Part shown: positions 39,201 through 53,363 of the stretch, one piece after another
How positions within the stretch are numbered: the stretch's first letter is position 1
Layout: each line of letters begins with the position of its first letter
Assembly (NCBI RefSeq): GCF_037042905.1
Contig: NC_087245.1
Coordinates: forward strand, 15,812,001 to 15,876,000
Length of the DNA: 64,000 nt
Direction of reading: 5' to 3'
DNA from: Lytechinus pictus
Taxonomy: Eukaryota
The notes under the pieces: model-generated
The model's input: the letters and a program-made list of their open reading frames with translations, nothing else
What the model was told of the DNA's origin: nothing
The model's database searches: none
Translations under genes and position numbers: made by a program

Positions 39201-40350
39201 TACAGTGGGATTTAAACAGTGATCTACTGTAGATATAAACTTACCATGGTACAATGGAATTAAGACAATGATCTAATGTATATATAAACGTACCATGGTG
39301 CAATGGGATTGAAACAGTGATCTACTGTAGATATAAACGTACCATGGTACAGTGGGATTTAAACAGTGGTCTACCGTAGATATAAACTTACCATGGTACA
39401 GTGGGATTTAAACAGTGATCTAATGTAGATATAATCTTACCATGGTACAGTTGGATTTAAACAGTGATCTACCGTAGATATAAACTTACCATGGTACAGT
39501 GGGATTTAAACAGTGATCTAATGTAGATATAAACTTACCATGGTACAATGGAATTTAAACAGTGATCTACTGTAGATATAATCTTACCGTGGTACAGTGG
39601 GATTTAAACAGTGATCTAATGTAGATATAAACTAACCATGGTACAGTGGGATTTAAACAGTGATCTACTGTAGATATAAACTTACCATGGTACAGTGGGA
39701 TTTAAACAGTGATCTACTGTAGATATAAACGTACCATGGTACAATGGAATTAAGACAGTGATCTACTGTAGATATAAACTTACCATGGTACAGTGGGATT
39801 TAAACAGTGATCTACTGTAGATATAAACTTACCATGGTACAATGGAATTAAGACAGTGATCTACTGTATATATAAACGTACCATGGTGCAATGGGATTGA
39901 AACAGTGATCTAATGTAGATATAAACCTACCATGGAATAGTGGGATTTAAACAGTGATCTTATGTACATAGAATCTTACCATGGTACAATGGGATTTAGA
40001 CAGTGATCTACTGTAGATATAAACGTACCATGGTACAGTGGGATTTAAACAGTGATATACTGTAGATATAAACGTACCACGGTACAGTGGGATTTAAACA
40101 GTGATCTTATGTAGATATAAACTTACCATGGTACAATGGGATTTATACAGTGACTTAATGTAGATATAAACTTACCATGGTACAATGGGATTTAAATAGT
40201 GATCTAAACTAGATATAAACTTAACGTGGCAAAATGGGATTTAAACAATAACTCAACTTACTATGGTACAATGGGATCTAAACATTGATCTAATATTGAT
40301 AAAAATGTATTATGGTACGTTGGCATTTAAACGGTGATCTATTATAGATT
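33285..40350. repeat. 49-bp tandem satellite/minisatellite, ~139 regular units plus degenerate flanks; consensus TGATCTACTGTAGATATAAACTTACCATGGTACAGTGGGATTTAAACAG
   Basis: CCATGG recurs every 49 bp from 33414 to 40175 (6761 bp = 138x49 minus one 1-bp deletion near 34655). Confidence 0.98.
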
Positions 40351-43300
40351 TACAATAGCCTTGTGATATTAGATTAAATTCTAGTATCGGTGATTCTATT
40401 AAAGAGTTCAACTTAACGATAGGCCACTCTGGTTATAAGACATGGAAAAAATGTACAATCAGCTCTACAGGATTCTAGGTATATATTAAGAGGAAATGTA
40501 TATCTTTTCAATAAGGTTTCATGACGAAAGATCGAAACAAGTCCTAAATCTGCGTCTTAAGTGAAAGTTTACATGGTATCAAAGTACGCCCTCGTTGCTT
40601 ATTGTTGGAGTGTCGTACTTCCCTCCTCTCGTCTTCTGTCTCCCCCTGTCCTCCATCGGTTTTCCTGTTCCCACCGATAAATCCCCACGCACACCCTCAC
40701 ACATCATCTCTCTAAATACAGATTAATGCAGATCGCATGTGCAATATCATCAAAACAAGGGATATATCACTCACTGCCGCTACCCTTGCAAAAATAAGGT
40801 CTATCCATTTTCCCTGATTCGATAGGAGGAATCAAAACAAGACCTGGACACGTGGCGATACTTTCCAGATTACCCTTTTCAAACTTTCCTGGCAGGGCAA
40901 AGGACGGATGGGCTAATGATAATACTGGTCCGGGTTAATTTTTAAAAGGATGAAGACGAAGAATTGAAGTAGGATGGGGTAGGAGCTGATCAAAAAGGAA
41001 AGGTTCAGGGTGCATCAAACGGCTCCCGTCCTCCTCGGTCATGTTGGTTGCATATTTAAAGCATCAGGCCTTCCCCTGTTTCATAAATGATCTTAACTCG
41101 TTGCATCAATTAAACCCATAACGTTTTGCAACAATATTTTTTTTTCTAAATCTTTAGAAGAGGAGAAGAGGGACAACGTAAAAAAAAATACTAATTTATT
41201 TTCCCATTCATTTTCCGTGCGCTGATCTTGATAGCAAATTTTACCAAGGAAAAACTTGAAAGGTGTGCAGTTCCACCGGTTCCTACTTTTCTGCGGACAT
41301 GACAGGTCAGTTGTCTCAAGTTAAATGAACGATTACAATGATGGATCACAATAGGGATATGGGTCCTTAAAGTTGAGCTGACAACGAGGAATGATTTGCA
41401 TTAACGATGCACAGAGAACCAAGCCAGAGCTTGCCCGATGTCACATATCGCAATTACGTTTGATTTTGACGTAGGCGTGGTATCGCAATATGTCCCCTTT
41501 AACTTTTCCATTAGTAAGCAGTGCGCCTAATACCGTTAGCCCCTGCAGCATTTATACGTATTTTTTGTTATGATGGTTGCATTACAGAAATATTGGAACA
41601 GCTTGAAAAAGGTGCAGTCGGCGAAAATGCACATCCCACCCATCCTTATTTGAAGGCAGCATGATAAGATAATCATATCCCCATGGTTTATATAGGAGAG
41701 ACAACCTTTAGTAACGTGCATGGTTGCTGGGGTACAATAAAACTACTGAAAAAGGGACCTTAAAGATGCGCTTTAAATATAGAGGAAAATGATGTCTCTC
41801 TGTGTGCTTGTGTTGATAGAATAATAACAAAAACAATTAAAAGATTAAACCCCGGCCCACCCCATTGTCCAAAACAAATATGGATAAAGATAGAATTTAA
41901 GCAGACACATCAAAAGAATGCAATGATAAATACTCGAACGGGAGCAGATACAAACAGACAGAGAAGAGAGACAGAATAACGTCTTGCGGTCGTAGCACTT
42001 TCATCCCATTTCATACTCATTTGCAGACAGTAAGGCCGAGGTAAAGCTCGAGTACAAGTGGTTATTAAGTTGTCATGTCACACGCACACACATGTCGACT
42101 GCCCGCTTCCGCGCCGCTTCAGATCTCCCGCAAATTCTTACCGGTCTTTTCCACGACCCAGTTAGCAATTAGGCATACATCGCCCGCTGCACGTTTTCTT
42201 TTTTCCCATGTAAAGAGTCATTCTAGAGACAAATGATGTTGCAGCTCTTCTTAATGCTCATTTGTATGAAGAAAACTCAAAAGTTGGTAGTGACTCTGCC
42301 ATACTACGCTGGGGAAAGAAAATGTGCTCTGAATGTGCCATTATTATTTTAAAATTCCTGCACTCAATGTCAAATGTCCTAGAATGAAACCAATGGAATT
42401 ATAGTAACCGTGACAAACATGTTAGCTATCATTGTATTGCCTCTGCTAGACTACTCTCGACACAAGCAATCAATGGTCTACTAGAAAACAAATCAGTGGA
42501 AACTTTTCTTATGAAAGTCCTCTATTAAAACAACACTGGCAAATACAATATCCAGTGTAACCTAAAAAAATCACTGACGCATCCAAAATGGATCATTATA
42601 ACCAGATAATCCTGGTATCATCAGATAATTCAGCCAATGGTGTAATGTTCAGATGACCCAAATAACATAAATATATATGAGGGACATGCTAAAAATTACA
42701 TATAACATCCTGAGCCCTATACTTACTCTCTTGAACATGAAATAATGCCATGAATGTCTGTCACATTTACCAACTGTGGTGCTTTTCAACATCATGGACA
42801 ATGTTCCAAACATAAATGTTATATTATTTTGCAGGCTCGTTGCAAAGTCTCTCAAAAATAAAAAAATCTCTAAAAACCCGAATACATGTATAGAGAGGAG
42901 TGTGTATATCAATAAAATACTCTTACTCACTCGCTTTATCAAAAGAAACCTAAACTATGAATGGATTTATGTTTTATCCCAAGTTATCTTGATTTTGGTT
43001 CACAGGAAGCTCAATGTCTGCCAACATTACATCACATCACATCAGTTCATGCAGTTTCATCCAACTTGCTTAAGTGATGAGACACTCTGATAATTTTCGG
43101 GGGTATTATGTCGATAAAGTTTGTACATGAACAGTATAGTTTTACAGTCGCGTGATTGTTTTTTAATTTCATGAATCATTACATCGAATATTGTTTAGCC
43201 TTGTCAGAACTATTACTATTCTGGGAAGTATTTTATAATGATGAACATGATGAATGAACTCGGCGCTGTTCCACAAACGTTCTAGCATTGTAATTGTCTT

Positions 43301-46300
43301 TTTAAAGGGTATCTGTTTTAGCTCCAAATTTGACTAAAAAATGTCAAGCAGAGTCAGATTGCAATTCATGCAAACATGGAAAATCTGCTGAGTTCGTATT
43401 CAAAGCCGATGAGCATCCACATATTCAAATTTCATCTAAAAAATGTATATCTGCGCCATATTGTATTTCAGCGTCATGGAGATTATGTGATTGACTAAGT
43501 CTTAAGGACAGGTGTTTGGTTTCGAGGTTTCCAAGAACGATGGGAACGATGAGTTGTAATCCGTTTCACTGCTTGTATTTGATTCCAATTCACAAGACAC
43601 AAATTTCTGGATATACTGGTGCGTCTAATTCATTCACCAATTATAAGACTTAACAAATAATGTGAAAGTTTGAAAAATCAGTCTTTTTCACATCCCTAAC
43701 CAATAGTGCAGTCATAAGATATCTCTATGAAATATCCAACTCATTATTTACTTTTTTTTGTTCGCCTTTGCTCTCTGTCTACGCAGTTTCTTACTCCTAC
43801 TGCCTGCTTCCTGGATCTGTGCCCCCGCCCCATTTTGGTCTCTTTCTTGAGGCATGTCATCACGCTACATTTAAATAAAGGGACTTTATGGCATCAAAGA
43901 CAAACATACAAAGAAAAAGCAAACGTAAAATGAATAAACTTAAAAGTTCTAACGCGGTTGGTGTTTGCAAAAGAGAAGTAAAATTAAGATGAATAAGGGA
44001 AGTAATAATGATTTTAATTTATATTAAAAATCAAATGAGATATTGCATTCTGTGAAACAATACGACAAAACACATCAGAAGAAAGGCAAAGGTTGACAAC
44101 AGTCCTTTAGGTCAAATATAATCATTCAACAATCATTTCCTCATCCGAAATAATGAAATTTTACCTAAACAAGCAAGCATTGCTACCCAAAAATGTCACT
44201 GAGTAGGTGGAGGTTTATTTTAGGATTAAAAACGAGAATGTCGTAAAATCATGAACTCTTTGCTTCGCTTTCTGTTTTTTACGACGATTTTAGAATTTTC
44301 GAACCATGTTCAACAAATAAATATTTTGATTTAGAGGTAGCATTCCTAGGGCAGAGACGTAAGTAGCAATAACGAGGAAATGGAGTTCCGATTATGAAAA
44401 GCTTAGTGCAAATATTGAAAATGAAGCAAAGTCCACACTGGTGTAAGAAGCTCAACTGGGTTTTCTTTTCTCAGAAGAACAAAGCTGCTGGAAACTCTTT
44501 TCAGTTTGATTTGCTCTTTCTCTCTTATCTCCTTCACACCCCCTTCCCTATCACTTGTTATTTATCATGTTGCATTTTCCCTTTCATTCAATATCAACTT
44601 ATTCAGATGTTCTCTTGCACCATTTAACATTCTTCCTTGTATACGTTATTAGCTATCACATCAAACAAAAACTGTGAACTAATGCTCCCTTTTTTTCTAT
44701 CAAAAAAGCAGGGGAATGGGGGAAATAGATAGGAAATATTGTTTTTAAGTCAAGTACAGGAAGAACAAAAGAAGACGAAGTAAAAGTAAGCAGATAAGGA
44801 TAAAAGCATTGATAAGGGGATAAGTTAACTAAGTGGATAAAAACAGCAGCTGAAAAAAATAACTTCGAGGCAAAGAAAAGAAGAAAAATGACAAGTGGCT
44901 GAAGACTAAGATAATTACAGAACCATCTGAACGAAGAATCAATGACTACGCCAAAAAGAGAAATGTTTAGTAATAAGGAGATAAAGGAAAATAAAAAAAT
45001 ATATTAAGAATATGACAAAAATGAATGGAAGGAGATCAACTGGCCTGATTGACAGGAGGTAAGAAATAAGAAAATGAGAATGTCAAAAAGTAAGAAATAG
45101 CAATGAAAAACGAGCAAAATGAAAATGAAATTGGGAATGTTAAAGAGGATCAGAGAAGCAACGACTTGAAGGAGTGCAAACGTCGCCTTAAATCCAGTTT
45201 CTTGTGAGATCCTCCTAACCAACAAGCTTTCTACGACTAAATTTCCAATCGCTGATGACGAAATGCATTCTTGATGAATCCAGAGATGACTTGACGTTTA
45301 TATATCTCGGGCATTTCTATATCTCCCCCGAGATAATAAGTGCCTTTACCTTCTTTCATGCGCATGTAGATCCTGAAGGAAACATGCAGACATTGGGACA
45401 ATCCATGCCACAATGAGAAACTGATGAGACTCCATTTTAGGAGTAACCAAAAAAAATGAAATTAATTATTCAGAAATGCAGAATCCGGATCGAGCTTATA
45501 TGACTGAAAATTCAAGTAAAGACAAAGGGGTGGTCGCAATAAAGATAAATGAAGACCACGAGAATATGAAAAGTGGAAAATCAGATATGGTTGTGGATTA
45601 TTTTCTGCGGTTATCTTCGTTATTTCATACGTCGACATTCAAACAAAAAAAATAGCAAAGGACATGTACCATCATGGCTAGTAGTGTATCATACATGGTC
45701 GTGACAACTTTAAATCCACAAAAGTAAATTTTGTACTTTGTTAAGTATTATCTATCGCATACAATTTCATTTTACTTTACGACTTTACGATCGGAATGTG
45801 TAATTCCGTTACCATAATATGTAATTTGAGTCCCTGTTTTGTACAATGCTTCCCTTTTCATCGTCATGCGAGGAAAATAGTTATAATGTATCACCTCAGG
45901 GGTGCTTTCATTCTAGTTTTCTTTCTACTTACCCTCATAATATTTCAGAGTAAACAGATTTCAAAATAAGTAAAACATCTTTTAATCAACGAAATATTTC
46001 AATGTGTCGTACTCGTTTAAATTTGCCTAGAATAACTACAACAAAACTTATAACTGAAATTATATTTTCTGGAAAGTTGGAAGTTATTTTGTATAATTGT
46101 GTGCGTGTGCGCGCGTGTGTGGGTGCGTCTGGGGGAGTGAAAGGGTGGTGTATGTGTTTAGGTGAATAGGGATTTATTACAGTGTACACATCAATGATAT
46201 TGCAGCAGACAGGTTTTATTGTAACGGTATAACACGAATGCTGAGTACGAGCAGATCTACGATTTTCTCGCTGGTCAAACTTGACTTGACCAAATGGAAA

Positions 46301-48037
46301 ACGAAAGACGGGTCAATTTCTTTAGACAGCTCAATTCGTTAGACTGCCGCATAATTGTATTCCAAATTGACCTAAAAACAAAATACTAAACCTGATGATA
46401 AAATTTAAGTAGTCTATGGATATTATCCGGTTACTGACCCCGCTAAATAGCAATATTAGATTTAGTTAAATTAGTTTATTCCGTAGGCCTATCAGCTCGA
46501 ATGTCCAATTTATGTAAAAATCCAAGCACTTTATAGTATAAGTAGATCCATCCGCATGGGCCACTTGTGTCAACCCTTTCCAGGATGATCTATCAGTAAA
46601 GGTGTAATGGTTATTAAGAATAATCTGCAAACTTTTCGAACTGAAATTGCTCTGTAGTCCCGCACACTCATTAATCTGTATAGTCTACAATGCAGCCCAA
46701 TGATGAGTCCATGCATTGAAACGTTGTGGCGTCTTCTAGTATATGATTTACCGTACGTCCTGCCCATTTCGGAAGGGAAATGAAGATAAATGACATTCCA
46801 GTTCCTCGCTCTGATTAGAGAGATTATCTTAAGACGCTCGTAATTACTTTTATTCTGACGGTAGCCATAATTGTTGGGCGAGGAGAAATGATGAGACCTG
46901 GATATTTTGCATTCCGTAGAAGGAATCAAAAGGCTAATGTAGGAGGGCGGGATCTTTCGATGATTGATTCATGACATTTTAGATAATGCCTGCGAGCGTT
47001 AAACGTAGGAGCACCTCGTCGTGTGGCGACTTTGCTGATAGGTGCTCGTAAACTTTCATAGTTATACGGGTCCATCTGAAGTACGTTTCGGTCTGCTATA
47101 GCCTTCATGCCTAAAACGAAAGTACCGCTTACCTAAATTATCGCCAGCAACAAACATGAATAAGAATATAAAATATATAGACAATCGTGTACAACAAATA
47201 AAGCAAAATCATCTCGAGAAATGGTGGTTCAAGATAGATAATGCTCTTTTACCTAAGCCATGTGTTTAGTCTCATGATTCCGGGTGTTTGACAATATTCT
47301 GTCCACTGAATGAGTAGGAAATTTGTTCTTCGTCAGTCCATCTCCTGACTGCTGCCATGTTCACCAGCAAGCAGACCCTTCCCCAAATACCCAGCCCCCG
47401 TCTGTTTTTGGTAACATTTTCCCCACTGCTGATATGTCGTACCCCTTCACTGTCTCCCATTTCTTATTTGCTCTTTTGCTTACTCTCCATTTCTACCCCG
47501 TCCCATTATTTTAACTACCTTGTTTTATAGTTGGATACGTCTGAGGATCCGGTCGATTAGAGCCAATTAGCTCCAATGTTAATCACTTGGCAATGAAAGA
47601 AGCAGAAATGTCGTCACAAGCAAGTCTTCTTGACAGAAACATAGATGCAATCGGAAGCAAGAGGGTAGTCAATAGATAAATCTGTCTTCAAATGTCGGAC
47701 AAGAGTCCTCGTATCGAAAGTCAGAGTCGGGTCTTATTCTGTAAGCATTGAGAGAACATAAAAACAAGAGATGGACAATTGCTGTGTCCCCGGTTGTAGT
47801 GTAATATTTTGATGGTTAGTGTGATTTGCGGGGGGTAAGTACAATGATTTAAAGGGATAATATAGGGTGTGTATCTGAATATATAATGACCCATATCAGG
47901 GGATATTTTCTTACACTAACCCATTATTCGGGGACGTTTCCGGTCCAGTTTACCATTCCAGTCAATTCCCCATTTCATTTAAAACCGTTTCATATAGTAA
48001 AATCATAATTTGTAAAAAGTTCCCGTTCGGACAACGA

Positions 48038-48390
48038 CTCGGTCACAAAGACCATTACGAACTGCTACAGACACCGTAAGAACGATTTTTAGACCTTTTC
48101 GCAAGATCTTCTTAAGAAGGGCATACGAACGAGCGTTCGATGACCGTTTAGTTATAAACCATTCGTTTATTCGAATTTTGGTTGATGGTCTTGTCCAAAC
48201 ACTCTTTTCTTAAGGCGGCCGTGCGAACGTTGTAAGAACTTCGTAAGAAGCATGCAAGATTTTGTAGAGTCAATTCTTAAAATCTTACGATGATATTACG
48301 GCGTTCGGAGAAAGTCTTTCGAACGGAAATTCGTATGGTGCTCTTACGAACGACTCTTGGCGTCTACAGGACATTCGCGAGGGAGTCGTA
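48038..48390 (+). mobile_element. Diverged interspersed repeat (probable DNA-transposon end); inverted homolog at 59945-60290
   Basis: ctcggtcacaaa...ttcttaagaagg...gatggtcttg...catgcaagattttgtagag...caattcttaaa aligns by eye with the reverse complement of 59945-60290. Confidence 0.6.
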
Positions 48391-49151
48391 GTCTCCTGTG
48401 TACTTCTGCCATCTTGAAAATATCAAAATTTCAACAGGTACAGACAGGACAGGACATGACACGGCAGAGTCGGAAGGAAGCATCCCAATTAGATCATGTA
48501 CTCGATAATGAGACAGGTTAGTGGAGTAAATTCATATTTGAGACCGCAAACAGACGTCCCCATCGGTGAATAATGATAAGTGAGTCCCCAATTGTCAAGT
48601 AACAATACGTCGTGTGTGATAAAATTACAAATTATGTATCTAGTTGTTTTGTTAAGTCCGCTAAAATATAAAAAAAAATAAATATGTCATAATGAGACTA
48701 AAAAAAATGCCCATAGCTGCGTGGAAATTTGGTTTTTATCTATATTTCATTCCAGTGAATGAGTGGGCTGGTACTGATGTCTATTTATTTTTCGAAAGTC
48801 GTCTATGGGGAAATCAAGGAAAGCAAGTTAAAGAGTCATTTAATATGACTAAAAGAAATTTTTAAAAATCCTCTAGTGCATGCCTAAATTAGATAAATGT
48901 ATAGTACACGAGAGAAAACTAATATCAAGAGAGCTTCCGCCGAGAGCTCTGGTTGCTTCGCGTTTCATTTATGCAATTTTTATCACTATACATTTAAAGA
49001 ATTAAAACAAAAATCTACTCACAAAACTGTGAGAAAAGAATAGGAAACTCAATATTAAGAAGAGATATAGAAATGAGTAATTTGAATTTACTAATTACAA
49101 TAAAGCCAGCAAATGACTTGTGTTACACGCCTTGTAAAGGTTACACATATT

Positions 49152-50947
49152 CAGGGGCGGATCCAGCCTTCGCCAATAGGGGGTGGCAGAATATTTTTTC
49201 GGCCACATTTTCCCGATCGGCCGCTCGAAGCTGATTCTTGTTTGTTTCTTTGAAGGGTAGTCCTAATAGCTGACTTTTAAGCTTTATTCTTATAAATCAA
49301 CATAAATATATTATAATCTCATAAGCCTTATTTAAATAGTGTGAGCGCGAAGCGCAAGCTATTTTTTCTCAAGTATTTTGTCCTAAAATTTAAATATTCT
49401 GGGCAATGTTTGTGATCATAAACCATGTGAATCCTAAATAATTACTGCGATCGCGAAGCGCGAGCAGAAATTATTAATATACGTTTTGATCTGAGCAAAA
49501 ATGACATGTTAACCACTTTGCAGTTAGCCATGGAGACCTTAAATATTTCAACAATCAAACAATGCGAGCGCGAAGCGCGAGCTAAAATTTTTAAAAATTT
49601 TACCTGAATAATGGAAATCCTAAGCACTTTTTGTAATCGTTATAAGGATAAGTATATAACTAAACAATAATGCGAGCGCGAGCGGAAAAATTCGAGATTT
49701 ATACTAAAAAATGGGACACTCTATTCATGTTTTGTAAATCATGAAAATGATGAGTTATTGGAAATCTTTCTACATTAATAATGCGAGCGCAAAGCGCGAT
49801 CAGTAAATATTTTATATATTGGATAATGATTTAGATAGAGAACAAGCTGCGTATCTAAAAAAAAAACATGCGCGATCTGGAATCTGGGCATTCTAAATAC
49901 TTTTTAACATGAAAATCAATAAAGCGAGCGCGAAGTGCGAGCTTAAAATATTTGATATTCCGATCTGAAAAGGGTCAATTTAAGCTCTGTATTTCTAGCA
50001 CTTTGAAGGAAATTGTGAGGTGGATAATGATCAGTTAAGAAGCTGATGTTTCAATATTATTCCTTTGAGTTTTGACATAGGATTTGGACATTCTAAGAAA
50101 ATTACGTCTTCATATGAAATTATTTTCCTTCCTAAGGGCGAGATGAAACTTGTCGATATTCCATTCTGATAAAAAAAAGTTTTAATATTAAATTAATATC
50201 TTATTAAATAATCTAATATGCCACTAGTAATGAGAGGGCGAAATCTGTTCATATTATGGCTTGAAAACTGGACATTTAAAGCACTGTAATTATGAATAAG
50301 ATACATGAGTAAATATATTTTCAACAATCAATACGAGCGCAAATCGCAAGTCGAATTTTTTGATAAACTGTCATGAAATTGAGATTTTAAGTAGTTTGTT
50401 TTAGAATTAATATTAAGACATAACTAACCAATCAATATGCGAGCGTGCAGCGCTAGCTGATACTTTTTACAATGTGACCTGAATAGGGATATTTTAAAAA
50501 CTGTACGGGAAACAGAAAAATAATAGGAACCTGACAAATTGAATTTTGCGAGCGCGCAGCGCGAGCAGAACATTTTAATATTCAGACCACAAATCATAAA
50601 TTTTAACAAAGCACTTTTTAAAAATCAATTTATAAATCAAACTAAATTATAATGAAACTTCGATTTCCGAGTTGTAATATGCTTTGTATATAGACTTCAA
50701 AATTTTGTAATTTAAGCTCCATATTGAGCAAGATATGTAAATCACCTAAAAGGCAATGCGAGCGAGAAGCGCGAGCGAAAAATTTATATAGTGACATGAA
50801 AGATTTTAAAAATTATTTTTAAGTCTTCCCCTCATTTTATTTTATTCACTCGTCTTCCTCCTATTTTTTTCTTTCCCCTTTTCTTGTTTTTTTGCTCCGC
50901 CAATAGAGGGGGGGGGGGGGCCTCGGCACCCCCTGGATCCGCCTATG
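49152..50947. mobile_element. Non-autonomous DNA transposon (1796 bp) with 6-bp TSD and internal periodic GCGAGCGCGAAGCGCGAGC motifs
   Basis: Ends CAGGGGCGGATCCAG / CTGGATCCGCCTATG; CATATT on both flanks (49146-49151, 50948-50953). Confidence 0.8.
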
Positions 50948-53297
50948 CATATTTGTGTATACATTCTATCGAAGACTGTAAGATAAACGCACTTTAAGAT
51001 ATTCTCTTAAATCTAAAAAAATACTTCCAAATTTTTCCTAAATAACTCTATTTCTATGATACTTTCAGATCCGTATTTTTAAACAGCGTTTGAAGTCGCT
51101 TTATTATTTTCAATATCGACATTTTTTTCTCTAATGATCCTGGCTAGCCCATGAATATAATAGCACATTTATGCACGGATTCACAGCCTTACACGGTTCC
51201 AACCAGAATGAGATCATATTAACATATTTGTATAGAATCCATAGATTAGTTTTTTGCAATTGCTCGAGGATTTAGGTATGTTTTTAATCAAAATAGGGAA
51301 GGCGTGAATGTAATATTCCCTGGGCTAAACCACAAATTAGCTTTGTCCCATATGACTGTGGGTTTATCTAAGCGAGAAAAGAATCAAATTCGAAATGCCT
51401 CTCCAAATATACATCATGCACATTTTCATAGATAGACAGAAATTATGTAAGAACATAATTCAGAGTTCCTTTTATTTTTGTTATATATTTTTTATTCATC
51501 TGACGTGAAGTGTGAAGTGAAGGAAAATATTATAGATCATGACTCATAACATAATATAAAGCGTTATGACACGGGTTCAGTGACTTGACCACTTAGAAAA
51601 TGAGTACAGGCCCGTATTCTAAATTTGTGTTTAATTTAAACTTTGGTCTAAAGTTATGGTTTATCTATGGATAACCAAATCTATTTATGTTGCATGTTCT
51701 ATTCATCAGGTCATTTATTACTCAAATCATTTATAGCTATCTGGAAATAGTAACTAAAACAGTTCTCATCATCATTAAAGCATGACCAAGGAACACAGTA
51801 AATATTATATTGAAGTATACAACGTAACCAATTGTTGACATGTTTGACTTCTCACAGTTTTAGCAAAGTGTTAGACCATGTCCTAAGATAAGCGGGACTT
51901 CAGATTTAAATGAATAAAAAAAAATGATTCCCGTCAATATCTTGCTTTGAAACTTTAATGGAATAATTATTTGTGAATATAATTCTTAACGGATTCTTTA
52001 AAATGGAAGGGTATTACTAGTAAAGGTTGTAATCGCATACAATATTATCGTAATTATTATCACTATTCTGTGAAAGTAAACACAAAAATACTTTACAATG
52101 TTGTAACTGTCTTATTCAACAACTAAATATAATGAATCCATTGACAAATTCCCAATACAAAATGAATATTGCCATGAATTAGCTAGATATCTTTATAAAA
52201 ATATGCTCATTATCTTCAATATAATGAAGAATTATAAATAGTCTATCTCCGATCGTGATTCGATACAATTCCTTTCATGCCTTTCAAATCACTAATCCTA
52301 ATCACTTGAATGCGATATGACTAGCTTCTCCTGATAAAAAGTTAGTACCTGATTCTCTCTCGTTATCACTCGGAACACTTTCTCTCATTTCTTGTTACTT
52401 CGATTATCGCATGAGATAATCAACATCCAAACTCCCGTGCTGTCACCTCCAATGTTCCATAACCCTAATGATGCCATGTAATTCCCTTCATGGTAGTCGC
52501 TTTTGCACACCGACTAAGGTTCTGCATTGCACACAGGAAACCAAATACAAAGGGAAATTTTGACCGTAGGGCGTGTAAATGGTAGAACAAGGAGTATAAG
52601 AAGTCAAATTGACATTATCTTGATAAACATTGAATTCCCCATGTCTCTTATTGCTTTTTACGAACGCCTGGGGTTAAACGACGAGTTAAAGAAATACATG
52701 CAAATCGAAAATGGGGCGTTGGATGACATCTGCAAAATACAGTTGCAACTAACTCGCCCAGAGGCTAAGGGATAACAGACGAGTTCCTCCCAAGATGTAG
52801 AAAATATTCTTGTCATTTAATCGTCAAAATTGTGGCGTTTGCTTTCCAATCCACCAGTTCTCATATGCGTATATTAACTTGGAATTATTTGACAAGCCCT
52901 TGCAAAGGCAATTGTGATGTCTGATTTTACAAATCGCATGTGCACAGAGAACATAATAAGACGCCGATCGTTTTTTTCTATCATGATATTTGACCGAATT
53001 AATTTCTGAATACGATGCATAATCTTACAAGCAAGTGAAATATATTAATGATTTGCCAACAGAAACAATCCTTGGGGTAATGCTGGCGATTCAGTTACCC
53101 ATGTTAGCATATAGCGTGTAAACTTCAGAATTTTTTTCTGTAATGTTCCCGGGTAGTAGTGAAAATGCAAATATATTTGAGGGGAATCTGCAATCCGATG
53201 ACCGGGTTTTAGAATCATTTATAAAGCGTTTACAAATTTCATCACGAAAAATTAAATGCGATAATCATGATGGGCATTATATATATATAATCATATA

Positions 53298-53332
53298 TGC
53301 AGTTTAATATTACCCGACACACGCAAACACAC

Positions 53333-53363
<31 letters not shown>

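Noticed and set aside
33285..40350. CRISPR array (the motif TCTACTGTAGAT resembles the Cas12a repeat stem)
   Set aside because: Units are contiguous 49-bp copies with no unique spacers, there are no cas genes, and the context is a eukaryotic intron-containing locus
45248..45275. CTGATGA-C-GAAA hammerhead-like core
   Set aside because: Only one nucleotide where stem II should be, and stem I is poor; consistent with chance
49340..50780. CRISPR-like repeat/spacer pattern of GCGAGCGCGAAGCGCGAGC
   Set aside because: Repeats are degenerate, spacers are ~90 bp or more and irregular, and the array lies inside a TIR/TSD-bounded transposon
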